Source of the DNA: a virus
Lineage: Duplodnaviria > Caudoviricetes
IMG/VR virus record: IMGVR_UViG_3300030106_008084
Coordinates: 1-56,482 of that record
Strand: one strand, 5' to 3'
DNA: 56,482 nucleotides
Made by a program: the position numbers and the translations under genes. Shown piece by piece: positions 20,244-30,696 of the stretch (positions within the stretch are counted from its first letter, which is position 1; every line of letters starts with the position of its first letter). Under the pieces are notes generated by a model, which was not told where the DNA came from, ran no database searches, and was given only the letters and a program-made list of their open reading frames with translations.

Positions 20244-22679
20244 TTATCCTTCGAATAGAGATAGACTACTAAATAACGTGTCTCTAATCATAATATCGAA
20301 TATTTTATTATCTCCCTCTAAACCTGATAGACCTGTATCAAAGTTAAGAGGTATACTGCCTAAACTATGTGTAGGCTCTCCAGCTGCTCCAGAAGAATAT
20401 CTCGTATTAATTACACCAGTTTGAGGATTGCTCCAATCTATAGTATTATTTAAAATAGTATTATCACCGCCTGGAGTATATTCGAAGAAATCATAAAAAT
20501 GAGTTGCTTCTGCAGATAAAGCACTCAAATTAGTAAATTGTGGTATACCTTTTAATCCCGGTGGGTCCGGACCATATGGAATATCTGTTCCATCTAACGC
20601 TGTCTGGCTAGTTACTAAAGAGTTTCTCAATACTAATGGCCACCCCCATAATTCATTATAAGTGCTTAAACTATAGGTAATAGCACCGTTATGTCCTAAT
20701 CCATTTACTCCAAAAGGAAATTGACTAGGTATATGATTCTGTACTGCGGATAGCGTTCCAGATAAACTTAATGGCTGGTAGGTGTTAAGTCTTGAATAGT
20801 CACCACTAAATTTTTCATACGCTACTATATCGTTACCAGCTGATATAACATAAGTAAGAAAGTCGATTTCATCTCCTAAGTTAGTTCCATATACTTCCTT
20901 AGATGTTCTATTTCTACTATCAAAATTATTACTGAATTGATTTTGATATCCTCTAAATTTATTATACTGAACACTAAACAAATTTATAAGACGTTTAATT
21001 GCTGGTGGATGGTTGCTATCGTAAATTAAATTTTCATTAGCTACCAATCTACTCATTCCATCTAATGCATCTATTTCACAAACATCTACATCTGAAGTAT
21101 TTTGTACAAAGTTAATAATACTCTCGTATAATGTTTTACCTAAAGAACTTTCATTACTACTAATTCCTCCAAATATTGATCCTATAAAATCTGTAAAGAA
21201 CACTTCATCATCTAATAAAAACTCTTGGAAACGAAGATCTTTTATCATTTGTTCAAAATCAAAATCTTCATTTATTTTATATAAAGAATAATAATCTTTA
21301 GGATATAATTGAAAACTAGCTCCTCCACTAAGATCATATTCAGTAGAGGATCGAGTATCTTGATAAAAATTTCTCGCGCTTAAAGTAACATTCATTACTG
21401 CAGCACTAGTAGAAGCAAAAAAGCTATCATCAAAATATAAGTAGCCTCGATACCAGAAGTTAGTACCTATTGAAGAAAGGGTATCATTTAAAGTGCTGAT
21501 GCGATAATAAGTAGTATCAATATCACCCGGAGAGCCGGCGGCTTCTCCAACAGGCAGTAAGAATGACCCATTGTTAATTAAAACTATTTCAGGGTCACCA
21601 GCAGAAAGCGACTTCATAGTAAATTGATTGAAGTTTTTCGGCTTTAAAATAAACGGTATGTATGTGTTTTTATATTGAACAGGACTTAATTCAAACGAAT
21701 TAACTTCTTCTCCTTCATTATCTAAGCCATTAGAAGTAATTGATATATGATCTGGAGATTGAAGTGAAGCATTACCCACATGGGAGGACATACTTACAGT
21801 TAAGTTATTAAGATAGTCGTTATTAGAATAGCCCTTTTTGCCTCTAGAATATATATTTTTTCTATCTTTATAAAAGTTTAAATAGACAGGTTCAGTTCCA
21901 CCCGCTTCGGAAATATCTTGTTGTTCAGTTTTAAAGTATACAACTTGAGTACCAGAGGTACCTGCTAAAACTGAAGAAGGTGAGTTAGTAGTAGATGATA
22001 CCAATACATCACCACTTAACTTTACGTATAAATTTTCAGAAGAAAGCGAAATATTTTTAAGTTCAACATATTCAAAAGCTGTTAAATTGTGTATGAAGTC
22101 TCTTTTATAAAAGGAAAAATAATTTTGTAATTGTTTAAATTTGCTATCGTTTAAATTAAAGTAATTAGGGCAGTTAGTATTTGATACAGAAAAATATATA
22201 CTTTGAAAATCTTGATAGAAAGGCGATTGCGAATTAATTGTAAGAGGAGTTGAATACTCTCCAGCAGAAAGTGTAAGATAGTAATCAGGATCTAAATCTA
22301 AACAAGTAACTGTGAATGTATTAGTAATGTAATCTTCAATTTGTATCTCTTTACTATCTGAAGCTAAAATTGCATTATTATTACAATCTCTTAAGATCAT
22401 TCGCACAGTATATACTCCTGGGTAATCAAAGTTGTGACTACTGCTTAATATATTATTTCCATCTACAGTATAAATTGATGTAGCTTCTTCTATAGTACCA
22501 TCACCATAATCGAATGTAACTTCTGTATTGTTAAGAGTAAGTGATTCGTCTCCAGTTTGAGTTGGAATGTTACCAAAAAATGTAAGCGGTGTTATAGGTA
22601 GATTATATGACGATAATACATGCTCGCCTCTATAATCGACTGCGCTAATAGTAGCGTAATTTGTTCTTGCATTACTCAT
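20244..22679 (-). CDS. Baseplate wedge-associated protein with N-terminal PKD domain (gp7 position)
   Basis: VTFDYGDGT..SHNFDYPGVYTVRMIL PKD signature; immediately follows gp6; ATG at 22679. Confidence 0.6.
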   Translation of the reverse strand: MSNARTNYATISAVDYRGEHVLSSYNLPITPLTFFGNIPTQTGDESLTLNNTEVTFDYGDGTIEEATSIYTVDGNNILSSSHNFDYPGVYTVRMILRDCNNNAILASDSKEIQIEDYITNTFTVTCLDLDPDYYLTLSAGEYSTPLTINSQSPFYQDFQSIYFSVSNTNCPNYFNLNDSKFKQLQNYFSFYKRDFIHNLTAFEYVELKNISLSSENLYVKLSGDVLVSSTTNSPSSVLAGTSGTQVVYFKTEQQDISEAGGTEPVYLNFYKDRKNIYSRGKKGYSNNDYLNNLTVSMSSHVGNASLQSPDHISITSNGLDNEGEEVNSFELSPVQYKNTYIPFILKPKNFNQFTMKSLSAGDPEIVLINNGSFLLPVGEAAGSPGDIDTTYYRISTLNDTLSSIGTNFWYRGYLYFDDSFFASTSAAVMNVTLSARNFYQDTRSSTEYDLSGGASFQLYPKDYYSLYKINEDFDFEQMIKDLRFQEFLLDDEVFFTDFIGSIFGGISSNESSLGKTLYESIINFVQNTSDVDVCEIDALDGMSRLVANENLIYDSNHPPAIKRLINLFSVQYNKFRGYQNQFSNNFDSRNRTSKEVYGTNLGDEIDFLTYVISAGNDIVAYEKFSGDYSRLNTYQPLSLSGTLSAVQNHIPSQFPFGVNGLGHNGAITYSLSTYNELWGWPLVLRNSLVTSQTALDGTDIPYGPDPPGLKGIPQFTNLSALSAEATHFYDFFEYTPGGDNTILNNTIDWSNPQTGVINTRYSSGAAGEPTHSLGSIPLNFDTGLSGLEGDNKIFDIMIRDTLFSSLSLFEG

Positions 22680-24522
22680 CAATGACAGTTATGTTATCAC
22701 CTATAGTTTGGGTATTAATTAAATAAGGGAATTTAAAATATGGTAAAGTTGTATCTTGATTTACTAAATCAATATCACTTTCTGGATATTGAGGGTTGTA
22801 TGATAAAAACGACAACCCGTTAAATATAGTACCATTGCTTTCATTTTTTGTAAATATTCTTCTTACACCTTCTATAGATAATAGCTCTCCTGCTATATCA
22901 GATATTTTTATTTGTTGTCCTAACTTATTATTTTCAGGTAAGAAGTACTTTCTCAAAATAGCTGTTGCTTTACTTGCTAATGTCGATTTACTTATCTTAT
23001 TATTAATTTCTCTTACCAAGTATAAATTAGTATTATCAAGTATATCTAAAGTTAAATTTTCTGTATTACTTATACCTAATCCGAAAGCCATGTAGATTGG
23101 ATCACGAGGCACTACATCATTAGATATCATTTTTCTATCTTGTGTAGTAGATATAATTAAGTTTTTAAATGAATTACTTAAGAATGGGGGATATGCTCCG
23201 TCATCGTTTAAAATAAATTTAGGTACAGCAAATACATTTACATTGTTAAAGTCACACGCATCGGCAAAATTTACCTGGTTTAAAAGCACTCTATTTACTT
23301 TATTAGGATCTACACAAATGTCATAAAAATATTGAATATAGCCATTAATATACTCTTTGTTGTCGACAACTTTTATACTGTTAACTACATTAGCTAAATT
23401 CTTATTTATAAAAAATTCATAGTCTTCACCCGTTACAAGTCTTAACTGGGAAGAGAAGCTCTTTGAAGCATTTTCTCTTATTTGATCAGCCGTTTCTTCA
23501 GTTGTTAACGTAGTAGAATTTACTGGGTTACTTATAGTCAGATTAGATCCGTTATCTACATTAATAAACGTTGTATCGTTTTGATTAGTATATGTATCCT
23601 GGAAAATTTGACGCTGTCGAGGTGAATCGTATACAAAAATTTTATTTCCATTTATTACATTTTTGCTTATTGCTCCCTTTAAGTTGTCAGAGAGTAAGTA
23701 GTTAACTGCTACAACATCCCCACGCTCTAATTTTTTACCGAATGAACCATCACCGAATTTAACTTCAAAGTATCCGTTTTCATTTAGTCTCTTCTCATAA
23801 ACTCTATCATTAGCATTAGAAAGATACAAACTATCTATTTGTTTATATTCGAAGTAAGTATCAGATGCAGCTTCTTTAACAAAAACACTTACAGTGTTTT
23901 CTGATATAAAGCTTGTATCGCTGGTGTTAGTAATGTTTTCGATTACTATAGGAAAAGATTCAAAGTCAATTCCCTCTGCTACATAATCTGGATACTCTTC
24001 AACAGATCCTTGATAAAGTATAGCAGAGTTTTCAAGAGATCTTATTTCTTGTTGTCCGGTATCTGCAGTTACATCGAATGAATAGTCTTCATTAAAGGTA
24101 TACTGTGTATTTGAATCTGCTAAAACATAGCTATATTTTCTTATAGTATAATTACCTTTTTCTAAGTTACCTGAACCTGCAGTAGCTACAGCTTTGATAG
24201 GTACAACAGATGTTTGCTTACCTGTTGGTTTGTAACCAATAAGCTTTACTATACGGTTCATATTCTCATACAGGGTAGCTTGATTAAAATCAACCTCTGC
24301 AGCTGTGTTGTTTAAATAAAATAACAACACGTGATATGAATACGCAATAATGTCAATTACTGCTGCTAAATTACTTCCTTCGTAATTTTGATCAGTAAAT
24401 TTCTCATTTTCATTTAGCCTTTGAATTATAAAATCTTTTAAAGTGGTCGCATCGAATGCAACATAAGCGTCTTGAGGCAAATTAAAATCTAAAAACTTAT
24501 TATCTTCTTTATTTGTTGGCAT
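22672..24522 (-). CDS. gp6: Baseplate wedge subunit gp6
   Basis: FTDQNYEGSNLAAVIDIIAY, EVKFGDGSFGKKL and QLRLVTGEDY are T4 gp6-type motifs. Confidence 0.9.
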   Translation of the reverse strand: MPTNKEDNKFLDFNLPQDAYVAFDATTLKDFIIQRLNENEKFTDQNYEGSNLAAVIDIIAYSYHVLLFYLNNTAAEVDFNQATLYENMNRIVKLIGYKPTGKQTSVVPIKAVATAGSGNLEKGNYTIRKYSYVLADSNTQYTFNEDYSFDVTADTGQQEIRSLENSAILYQGSVEEYPDYVAEGIDFESFPIVIENITNTSDTSFISENTVSVFVKEAASDTYFEYKQIDSLYLSNANDRVYEKRLNENGYFEVKFGDGSFGKKLERGDVVAVNYLLSDNLKGAISKNVINGNKIFVYDSPRQRQIFQDTYTNQNDTTFINVDNGSNLTISNPVNSTTLTTEETADQIRENASKSFSSQLRLVTGEDYEFFINKNLANVVNSIKVVDNKEYINGYIQYFYDICVDPNKVNRVLLNQVNFADACDFNNVNVFAVPKFILNDDGAYPPFLSNSFKNLIISTTQDRKMISNDVVPRDPIYMAFGLGISNTENLTLDILDNTNLYLVREINNKISKSTLASKATAILRKYFLPENNKLGQQIKISDIAGELLSIEGVRRIFTKNESNGTIFNGLSFLSYNPQYPESDIDLVNQDTTLPYFKFPYLINTQTIGDNITVIDE

Positions 24523-24524
24523 AA

Positions 24525-25013
24525 CTAAACTATGTAATATCCTTCTTTATTTAAGCGTCCCTCCAAAGTAATGCCATAAGCATTAAGTGAAGGTACATTG
24601 ATTTGTAAAAATATATCATACCTATTTTCATCAGGCTTTCCGATAACATTTACATTTTGTAACTCTATACGGGGCTCCATTCTAGGTAGGTCATCTTCTA
24701 TATCCTTTCTTAAAAATATTTCAGTAGTTGAAGTAATTGGTTCGAAAACATACCTCCTAACATCCACACCAAATTGCGGATTTAAAATTTTCTGCCCCGG
24801 GGCTGTTAAAAAAGCATTTACTATGCTGTTTTTTACAGCATCGAGATCAAATATTGGCTTTAAATCTCTTAACTGCTGACCTTTATCTAACTGCTCATTA
24901 TAATATACATCCAGTTCAAGATCTAAAAGAAGATCTTTATATAGATATTTTTGCTCTAAACTAGCATTTTCTAATTTACCATACGAGAGCTCAGGTATTT
25001 TTATTAATGGCAT
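24525..25013 (-). CDS. gp25: Baseplate wedge subunit gp25
   Basis: DAVKNSIVNAFLTAPGQKILNPQFGVDVRRYVFEP..EPRI. Confidence 0.9.
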   Translation of the reverse strand: MPLIKIPELSYGKLENASLEQKYLYKDLLLDLELDVYYNEQLDKGQQLRDLKPIFDLDAVKNSIVNAFLTAPGQKILNPQFGVDVRRYVFEPITSTTEIFLRKDIEDDLPRMEPRIELQNVNVIGKPDENRYDIFLQINVPSLNAYGITLEGRLNKEGYYIV

Positions 25014-25050
25014 TATTAATATTTAATACCCCAGTGGTAAATCGAGATTA

Positions 25051-25067
25051 AGGAACTATAATATAAT
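25051..25067 (+). promoter_or_regulatory. AGGAACT-N4-TATAAT promoter-like element
   Basis: aggaact-ataa-tataat, 7 nt before ATG 25075; the motif recurs at 53011, 53655, 54945 and 56041. Confidence 0.7.
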
Positions 25068-25074
25068 TAGAAGT

Positions 25075-25359
25075 ATGGAGTTAATTGGTAAAACTGATGT
25101 TAAGGTTGATGTTTCGTTAAAAGACATTCTTAATACTATTGAAGTGGAAGTTCATAAAAAGCTAAAACTTCCTCATCCTAATGAAGGCGAGGTTACAGCA
25201 AATCCTCATCATGACGGTAATTGGCGATGGAATATTAAAAAAGATGTTAATACTTCTCACTCGTTTGAACTTGAAGAAAGTTTAGGACCAGCAGACAGCG
25301 AAGATATTGAAATCTTTCAAGCATATCACACCTTGCGCTTTTTTCTTAAAGATAGCTAA
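25075..25359 (+). CDS. Hypothetical protein
   Basis: 94-aa ORF behind the conserved promoter motif. Confidence 0.7.
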   Translation: MELIGKTDVKVDVSLKDILNTIEVEVHKKLKLPHPNEGEVTANPHHDGNWRWNIKKDVNTSHSFELEESLGPADSEDIEIFQAYHTLRFFLKDS

Positions 25360-25397
25360 AACTGTATGATTCTTTGCAAGGTAGCATAAATAATAAT

Positions 25398-25970
25398 ATG
25401 GCTGATAAAAAGTTTGTAAATTTACATGAATCTTATATGAGAAGATACGAGCGGGGAGGTTTTCTCGTTGGTGATGTTTTTAAGTTTAATGATAACTTCA
25501 AATCAACTGAATGTTATAAAGCACTTGGAGCTAAAACTAAAACAATGATCGATCAAATGATTGATTCTGGTCTTCATATTAGAGTAATAAACATTAAAGA
25601 TTCTGAGCCAGCCCGCTACCCTGCTAATTCGCAGACATCTTCATTGGATGTAGTTTTAGATCTCGCGCTTGATACAGGAGGTGGAAGATATTCGAATTTT
25701 GTTTCTGTACCAGGTGAGTTAGGAGAAACTGTGCTCTTTGCACCAAATTTACTTCCTATTCCTGATGCAATGAGAAGAAAAGATAAAGTGGTAATTAAGC
25801 CAGAAGAAGCAGAAGAAACTAAAGCTCCAGGAGCGCCTGATAATGCTGAGAGAGCACTTCCAAAACAAAATACTGTAATTCCTTCTGACCCTGCTACTCC
25901 TTCTCCGGAAGCTAGAACTTATACACAACAGTATTTGAGTGATTTGACTAAAGGTCCTAGCGAATATTAG
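25398..25970 (+). CDS. Hypothetical late protein
   Basis: Start moved to ATG 25398 (TAAATA-N5-ATG); MADKKFVNLHESY..., Pro-rich C-terminus. Confidence 0.7.
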   Translation: MADKKFVNLHESYMRRYERGGFLVGDVFKFNDNFKSTECYKALGAKTKTMIDQMIDSGLHIRVINIKDSEPARYPANSQTSSLDVVLDLALDTGGGRYSNFVSVPGELGETVLFAPNLLPIPDAMRRKDKVVIKPEEAEETKAPGAPDNAERALPKQNTVIPSDPATPSPEARTYTQQYLSDLTKGPSEY

Positions 25971-26407
25971 ACGTCAATTACTTCTTCGTCTTTATCAATT
26001 AAAGCCTGCATTATATCTTCTCTAGATAATAATACTTTAGTTTGATTATCAGCGATATTAATTCGCTCTCTACTTTCTACATCTATCTTTTTAACCTCAA
26101 GCTGGGTTTCGTTTCTTTCTTTAGCAACATGTAGTTTGTTTAGAGTTTCAATAGCGGAAGAAGATGCTTTAATTAACTCAGCCAAAGCTGCTACGTCTCT
26201 ATTTTCTGGAGCAGATGATATATAATCATTAACGTTATCTACAATACTAAGGGATTTTTTGATAAGCTTTCCTGAATTTTGAATAAGAAAATCCTCTAAG
26301 TCTTCTTTATCAAGAACACTTTCATCTATAGGAGCCCTAGAAACTTTATTATTTTGCTTTAATTGAGAAATAATATCGTTTACAGCTTCATCAAGTTCTT
26401 CAGCCAT
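25967..26407 (-). CDS. gp16: Terminase small subunit gp16-like
   Basis: Helical pattern SAPENRDVAALAELIKASSSAIETLNKLH..NQTKVLLSREDIMQAL parallels T4 gp16; late motif upstream. Confidence 0.65.
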   Translation of the reverse strand: MAEELDEAVNDIISQLKQNNKVSRAPIDESVLDKEDLEDFLIQNSGKLIKKSLSIVDNVNDYISSAPENRDVAALAELIKASSSAIETLNKLHVAKERNETQLEVKKIDVESRERINIADNQTKVLLSREDIMQALIDKDEEVIDV

Positions 26408-26463
26408 TTACATATATTTATTCTCCTCTTGAATATTTTGCAAAGTATCTTATTATAGTATAT

Positions 26464-26886
26464 ATGATATTAAAATTTAAGAAGACTGACGATAGTGCTG
26501 TCCTTCCTTCGAAGAATCATAAGGACGATACTGGACTAGACGTAACTTGTGTTGAAGATAAAGTAATTCCTGCTAAGGGATCTGCTGTTATTGAGGTAGG
26601 GTTAAAGTTTGCATATATCGAGCCTGGTTATTGGGTTAGAATTGAAGGTAGATCTGGCTTAGGCTTTAAACACGGTATTTTACCTCACCCGGGAATCATT
26701 GATTCCGGATATAGAGGTAGTGCTGGAATCAAGCTATATAACTTAACAGATAAAGATTACGAAGTCAAAGCAGGTGATAGAATTGCACAATTTGTAGTTT
26801 ATAATAACCATGATGTTAAAGTTATTGAAGGTGAAATTGAAAATTCTCTTCGTGGTGAAAAAGGCTTTGGTTCTTCTGGTAAATAA
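26464..26886 (+). CDS. dut: dUTPase
   Basis: GLD, GRSGLG, GIIDSGYRG, GDRIAQ and RGEKGFGSSG trimeric dUTPase motifs. Confidence 0.97.
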   Translation: MILKFKKTDDSAVLPSKNHKDDTGLDVTCVEDKVIPAKGSAVIEVGLKFAYIEPGYWVRIEGRSGLGFKHGILPHPGIIDSGYRGSAGIKLYNLTDKDYEVKAGDRIAQFVVYNNHDVKVIEGEIENSLRGEKGFGSSGK

Positions 26887-26888
26887 TT

Positions 26889-27815
26889 ATGATTGACTTT
26901 GATAAAATTTGGGTAGAAAAGTATCGTCCTGCTAAGCTAGATGATATCATCTTAGATGAACGTACCCGTAATATAGTTAAAGAGTTTAAAGATGAAATAC
27001 CTAATCTTCTCTTTGTTGGTAATCCTGGTACTGGTAAGACCACCCTTGCTAGAGTCATCGTTAATGATATTCTTGGGTGTAATTACCTTTATATTAACGC
27101 TTCTGACGAATCTGGTATTGATACTATTCGACATAATATTACTAATTTTGCTCAAACTAAGTCATTTGATGGTGGGGTTAAGGTAGTAATATTAGATGAA
27201 GCTGACGGGCTAACGCCTCAGGCACAAGCTGCTTTGCGTAACACTATGGAGACGTTTGCTAAGTACTGTAGGTTTATTCTTACAGCTAACTATAAGCATA
27301 AAATTATTCCTGCCTTGCAATCAAGATGTCAGGCTCTAGATATTAAACCTGTAGTAGAGCTTGCTGTAAAGCGTTGTTATCATATCCTTAAAAATGAAAA
27401 TGTTAAAGTATCAGACGAACAAAAGATTAAATTCATCCAACTCGTTAAGCGTCACTTCCCCGATTTACGGAAAGCGATCAATGAGCTTCAAAAGAACGTT
27501 ATTGATTCAGAGTTGTGTATTGCTAACATTAATAGCGATAGCGAGCTTCTCGAGACCATCTACAAAAAAGTAGCTAGTAAAAAGACGCTAGAAGCTAGAA
27601 AGTATCTTATTGAAAATGAGGATAGATTTCAAGGTGATTATGATACTCTGTTATGTAACTTTTTAAACTTTGTATATAGTTCGAACTTAGATGATGCTAA
27701 GAAAAAGACATGTATTGCTACTATAGCAGATCATCTATATAAGAGTGCTTTTGTTGTTGATAAAGAAATTAATTCTTTCGCTTGTTTAGTTAATTTAGAA
27801 AATGCCTTACATTAA
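26889..27815 (+). CDS. gp44: Clamp loader ATPase subunit (gp44/RFC small)
   Basis: WVEKYRP, GNPGTGKT, INASDE, ILDEAD, SRC. Confidence 0.95.
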   Translation: MIDFDKIWVEKYRPAKLDDIILDERTRNIVKEFKDEIPNLLFVGNPGTGKTTLARVIVNDILGCNYLYINASDESGIDTIRHNITNFAQTKSFDGGVKVVILDEADGLTPQAQAALRNTMETFAKYCRFILTANYKHKIIPALQSRCQALDIKPVVELAVKRCYHILKNENVKVSDEQKIKFIQLVKRHFPDLRKAINELQKNVIDSELCIANINSDSELLETIYKKVASKKTLEARKYLIENEDRFQGDYDTLLCNFLNFVYSSNLDDAKKKTCIATIADHLYKSAFVVDKEINSFACLVNLENALH

Positions 27816-28062
27816 ACCATCTCAAAGAAAAGACGTAGAAGATAAGCTAAACGTTGCAGGGTTAAATTATGTCCCTAAAAACGCTGGAGAGTTAAACTAT
27901 GTTATGACAGTTTTTATTGATAACTTTATAAGAGCATACGGTAAAAATTATTCTAATCTAAATGAAATGATCGGAGCGTTAGAATGTTGTAAGCAGGAAT
28001 ATTATAGGACTGTAGTAGGACCTTATGAAGATATGAAAATAGATGAAAATGGTGATGTCTAG
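27802..28062 (+). CDS. Conserved small phage protein
   Basis: MPYIK..R..GELNY..IGALECCKQEYYR..PYED.K..ENGDV, a recognisable uncharacterised phage family. Confidence 0.75.
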   Translation: MPYIKPSQRKDVEDKLNVAGLNYVPKNAGELNYVMTVFIDNFIRAYGKNYSNLNEMIGALECCKQEYYRTVVGPYEDMKIDENGDV

Positions 28063-29204
28063 CTCATCGGATCAGACTCTGGTTCATCTCCACTACCCAA
28101 CTGACCTTCTACAGTGTAGAGTTTAAAGGCATTTTCACCGTCATTATTTTTAGTCTTTAGTTCAAACTCTCTACGACGTACACTATCAAACGGTTGACCG
28201 AACATATCAGCAGCTACTTTAGTTTCTTGTAATTGTAAAATTTCTACCCCTACACCATCTGCATCACATTCTTCTTTATCTTCAAATTTTTGTAACATGT
28301 AATCAAAGACTCTATCTTCGCTATCATTAAGTGATTGAGCTTTGTTTACAGCTTTTAAGAAATAGTTTACACCTTTCTGGAACAAATATATTTGATAAGC
28401 TTTTTTTCCTAAAAACTCTTCTACAGATTTGTTTATACCTTCTACTGCTTGTTTTATTAGATCGATTTTTTCTATATCCCTTACCATATGATTTCCATGT
28501 GCAGGGTTAACTTTGCTACGACCACCTGCTTCTTCTGAATCTATTCTAAGCTGATTTTCTTTATCTATAAATGGTAAAGTGTTTTCTGTGCGTACAGCAG
28601 AATTTACATTAGAATTAAACATTCCTTGACCATTAACTATACCTCCAGCTAACAATTGAATTAAAAAACTTGGAGATTTACCTAATGTTATTTCTGGTGT
28701 ATCTGCAGTTATTCCTCCCCAAACAGGTATAGAAGAATTGGCTTCATCTGCACCAGCGGCATTTACACCCATTATATCCGGAGCAGCATTAAATACATCA
28801 GGTAAACCGCCTTCTTCTGCTTGCGCATTTATAACTCCTGCATAAGGCCCTCTCAACAAGCAATCAACATAATAAAGTACAGAGTAGACATCTAATACGT
28901 TTTCTTCTTCTTTACCTCTTTCATCTCCTGTAGGTGACGCTTTATCTAGCTCGTCTATAAATTTAAATAATTGATCAAATCCTAGTGAAAAAATCTTTTT
29001 AAACTCTTCAATAATTTCTAGATCTATATCGCGAATATATGTTGCTGGTGTAGTTCTGTTCCATTTACGCCATTCAGTAAATGGAATATATGAAATATTT
29101 TTAAAACCTACAGCATCACCAGCATCCGGAAACTCTTTTTTGAATTGATCCTTAGTCCGAACCAACGCTCTCAAAATTTCTACTTTTTTAGTAAATTCAG
29201 CCAT
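28059..29204 (-). CDS. Hypothetical protein downstream of baseplate hub gene
   Basis: Likely start ATG 29204 (MAEFTKK), 4 nt after the upstream stop. Confidence 0.6.
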   Translation of the reverse strand: MAEFTKKVEILRALVRTKDQFKKEFPDAGDAVGFKNISYIPFTEWRKWNRTTPATYIRDIDLEIIEEFKKIFSLGFDQLFKFIDELDKASPTGDERGKEEENVLDVYSVLYYVDCLLRGPYAGVINAQAEEGGLPDVFNAAPDIMGVNAAGADEANSSIPVWGGITADTPEITLGKSPSFLIQLLAGGIVNGQGMFNSNVNSAVRTENTLPFIDKENQLRIDSEEAGGRSKVNPAHGNHMVRDIEKIDLIKQAVEGINKSVEEFLGKKAYQIYLFQKGVNYFLKAVNKAQSLNDSEDRVFDYMLQKFEDKEECDADGVGVEILQLQETKVAADMFGQPFDSVRRREFELKTKNNDGENAFKLYTVEGQLGSGDEPESDPMS

Positions 29205-29208
29205 ATCT

Positions 29209-30696
29209 TTAATTTTCAGATTTTCGGTTAACTTGTAAATCACTATCAAGAGGCACTCTAACACCTGGTCCTATATGAGGCTTTATACATTGCATTATAT
29301 TTGTATATCCATCTACCTTAGCACTGTTAAATTCATGTCTTACTTTAGTTATAAACCATGTACCTAATAATTTAGCATCACTTCTATGATCGACTCCGGT
29401 TTCTTCTTGTTGAGGTCTACTTGCAGCTATATCTATACCTTTTCCTGGTTCTCTAGCTACATTACCTAATGAGCTAAAGTTTAGTTGTAAATTAAAAAAA
29501 GTCATATTGGTAGTTAGCTCAGCTTCTGCCATTTTTTTAGCTCTATCTCCAGCAAAAGGAAAGCCTATTCCCCTAAAAACTTCACTAGTTTTGTTGTCGT
29601 TTAAAATAACCCAGGGTTGTGCTTTACCTGAAGAATATTTAAACTTATCAACAAACAGCTTTTTCCATTCTTCTTTAATATCCTTAATTCGAAGTACGTT
29701 AATTTTATGCTCCCCTAACGTAGGATCATAATCTGATACTAACATGTTGGTTAAGTAAGCATTAGTATATGTTAACATTGGTGTAGATAGATCAGAGTTT
29801 TGAAGAGGGGAATTATACACATTAACTGGTGTCACACCTGGAGCAGTAGCTGGGTTATTAGGGTTATTTTCTACTTTATCTATTAGATCATTAGCCATGA
29901 ATAACTCTTCTGGCTCAGCAGCAGCAAATTCAAAATAATCGCTTAGAGGTAGATATTGATATTTTTGACACGTTCGACACCAGTTTAAAAACAGTTTTAC
30001 ATATGTCTTCCCAACCTTTTTATAATTTAATTTAAGTAGGTATTTTATTAAATCAGAGTATCTAAAAGTAGATGGGGGTAAAATGTGCTCTGGCAAAGTA
30101 TCAATAACCATATCGCCGGAGTCCCACCTTAGACAATCAGTTACTTTATCCTTACCTAACACTTCAACTAATATACTTTTTATTATATCTCCAACTTTAC
30201 CTCTATATCTTTTACCGAATGGTATTCTTGCATTTAGTAAATGATAATTTTTATCTATGAGTGAATAAATTTTAAAGTTGTTCAATCTATCGGTTTGTGA
30301 CGCACTATTTACTTCACTTCCTATAACAAATTCATACTTTAATTTTTTTTCTCGCGCTACAGCTGCAAACCCATCAATCGGCTCACCTTCACTCTTATCA
30401 TAAAACTCTATAGTAAAGGTATCACCGCCGTCACCTCTTATTAATCCACCGTCTTCAATAAAATCGAGAGGATTATTAATGTATATATTTCCGTTAGTAA
30501 ATGGCTCTAAAAAATTTTCTTCTATATCCATACCACGAACTGCAGATTTAGAAAAGTTAATGATACTTTTATCTCCACCTTGTCCTGGATCTGGAGGACC
30601 GAATTCCCCTTGCCTTGCACCAGAGGTTTCTAAAAGAAACTTTGCTTCAAATTCAGCATTGTTTATTTTATAGGTTATAGTCTCTTTATTAGCCAT
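29209..30696 (-). CDS. Baseplate hub protein (gp27-like)
   Basis: IEENFLEPFTNGNIYI, GNVAREPGKGIDI and LLGTWFITKVRHEF hub-type motifs; follows gp53. Confidence 0.7.
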   Translation of the reverse strand: MANKETITYKINNAEFEAKFLLETSGARQGEFGPPDPGQGGDKSIINFSKSAVRGMDIEENFLEPFTNGNIYINNPLDFIEDGGLIRGDGGDTFTIEFYDKSEGEPIDGFAAVAREKKLKYEFVIGSEVNSASQTDRLNNFKIYSLIDKNYHLLNARIPFGKRYRGKVGDIIKSILVEVLGKDKVTDCLRWDSGDMVIDTLPEHILPPSTFRYSDLIKYLLKLNYKKVGKTYVKLFLNWCRTCQKYQYLPLSDYFEFAAAEPEELFMANDLIDKVENNPNNPATAPGVTPVNVYNSPLQNSDLSTPMLTYTNAYLTNMLVSDYDPTLGEHKINVLRIKDIKEEWKKLFVDKFKYSSGKAQPWVILNDNKTSEVFRGIGFPFAGDRAKKMAEAELTTNMTFFNLQLNFSSLGNVAREPGKGIDIAASRPQQEETGVDHRSDAKLLGTWFITKVRHEFNSAKVDGYTNIMQCIKPHIGPGVRVPLDSDLQVNRKSEN

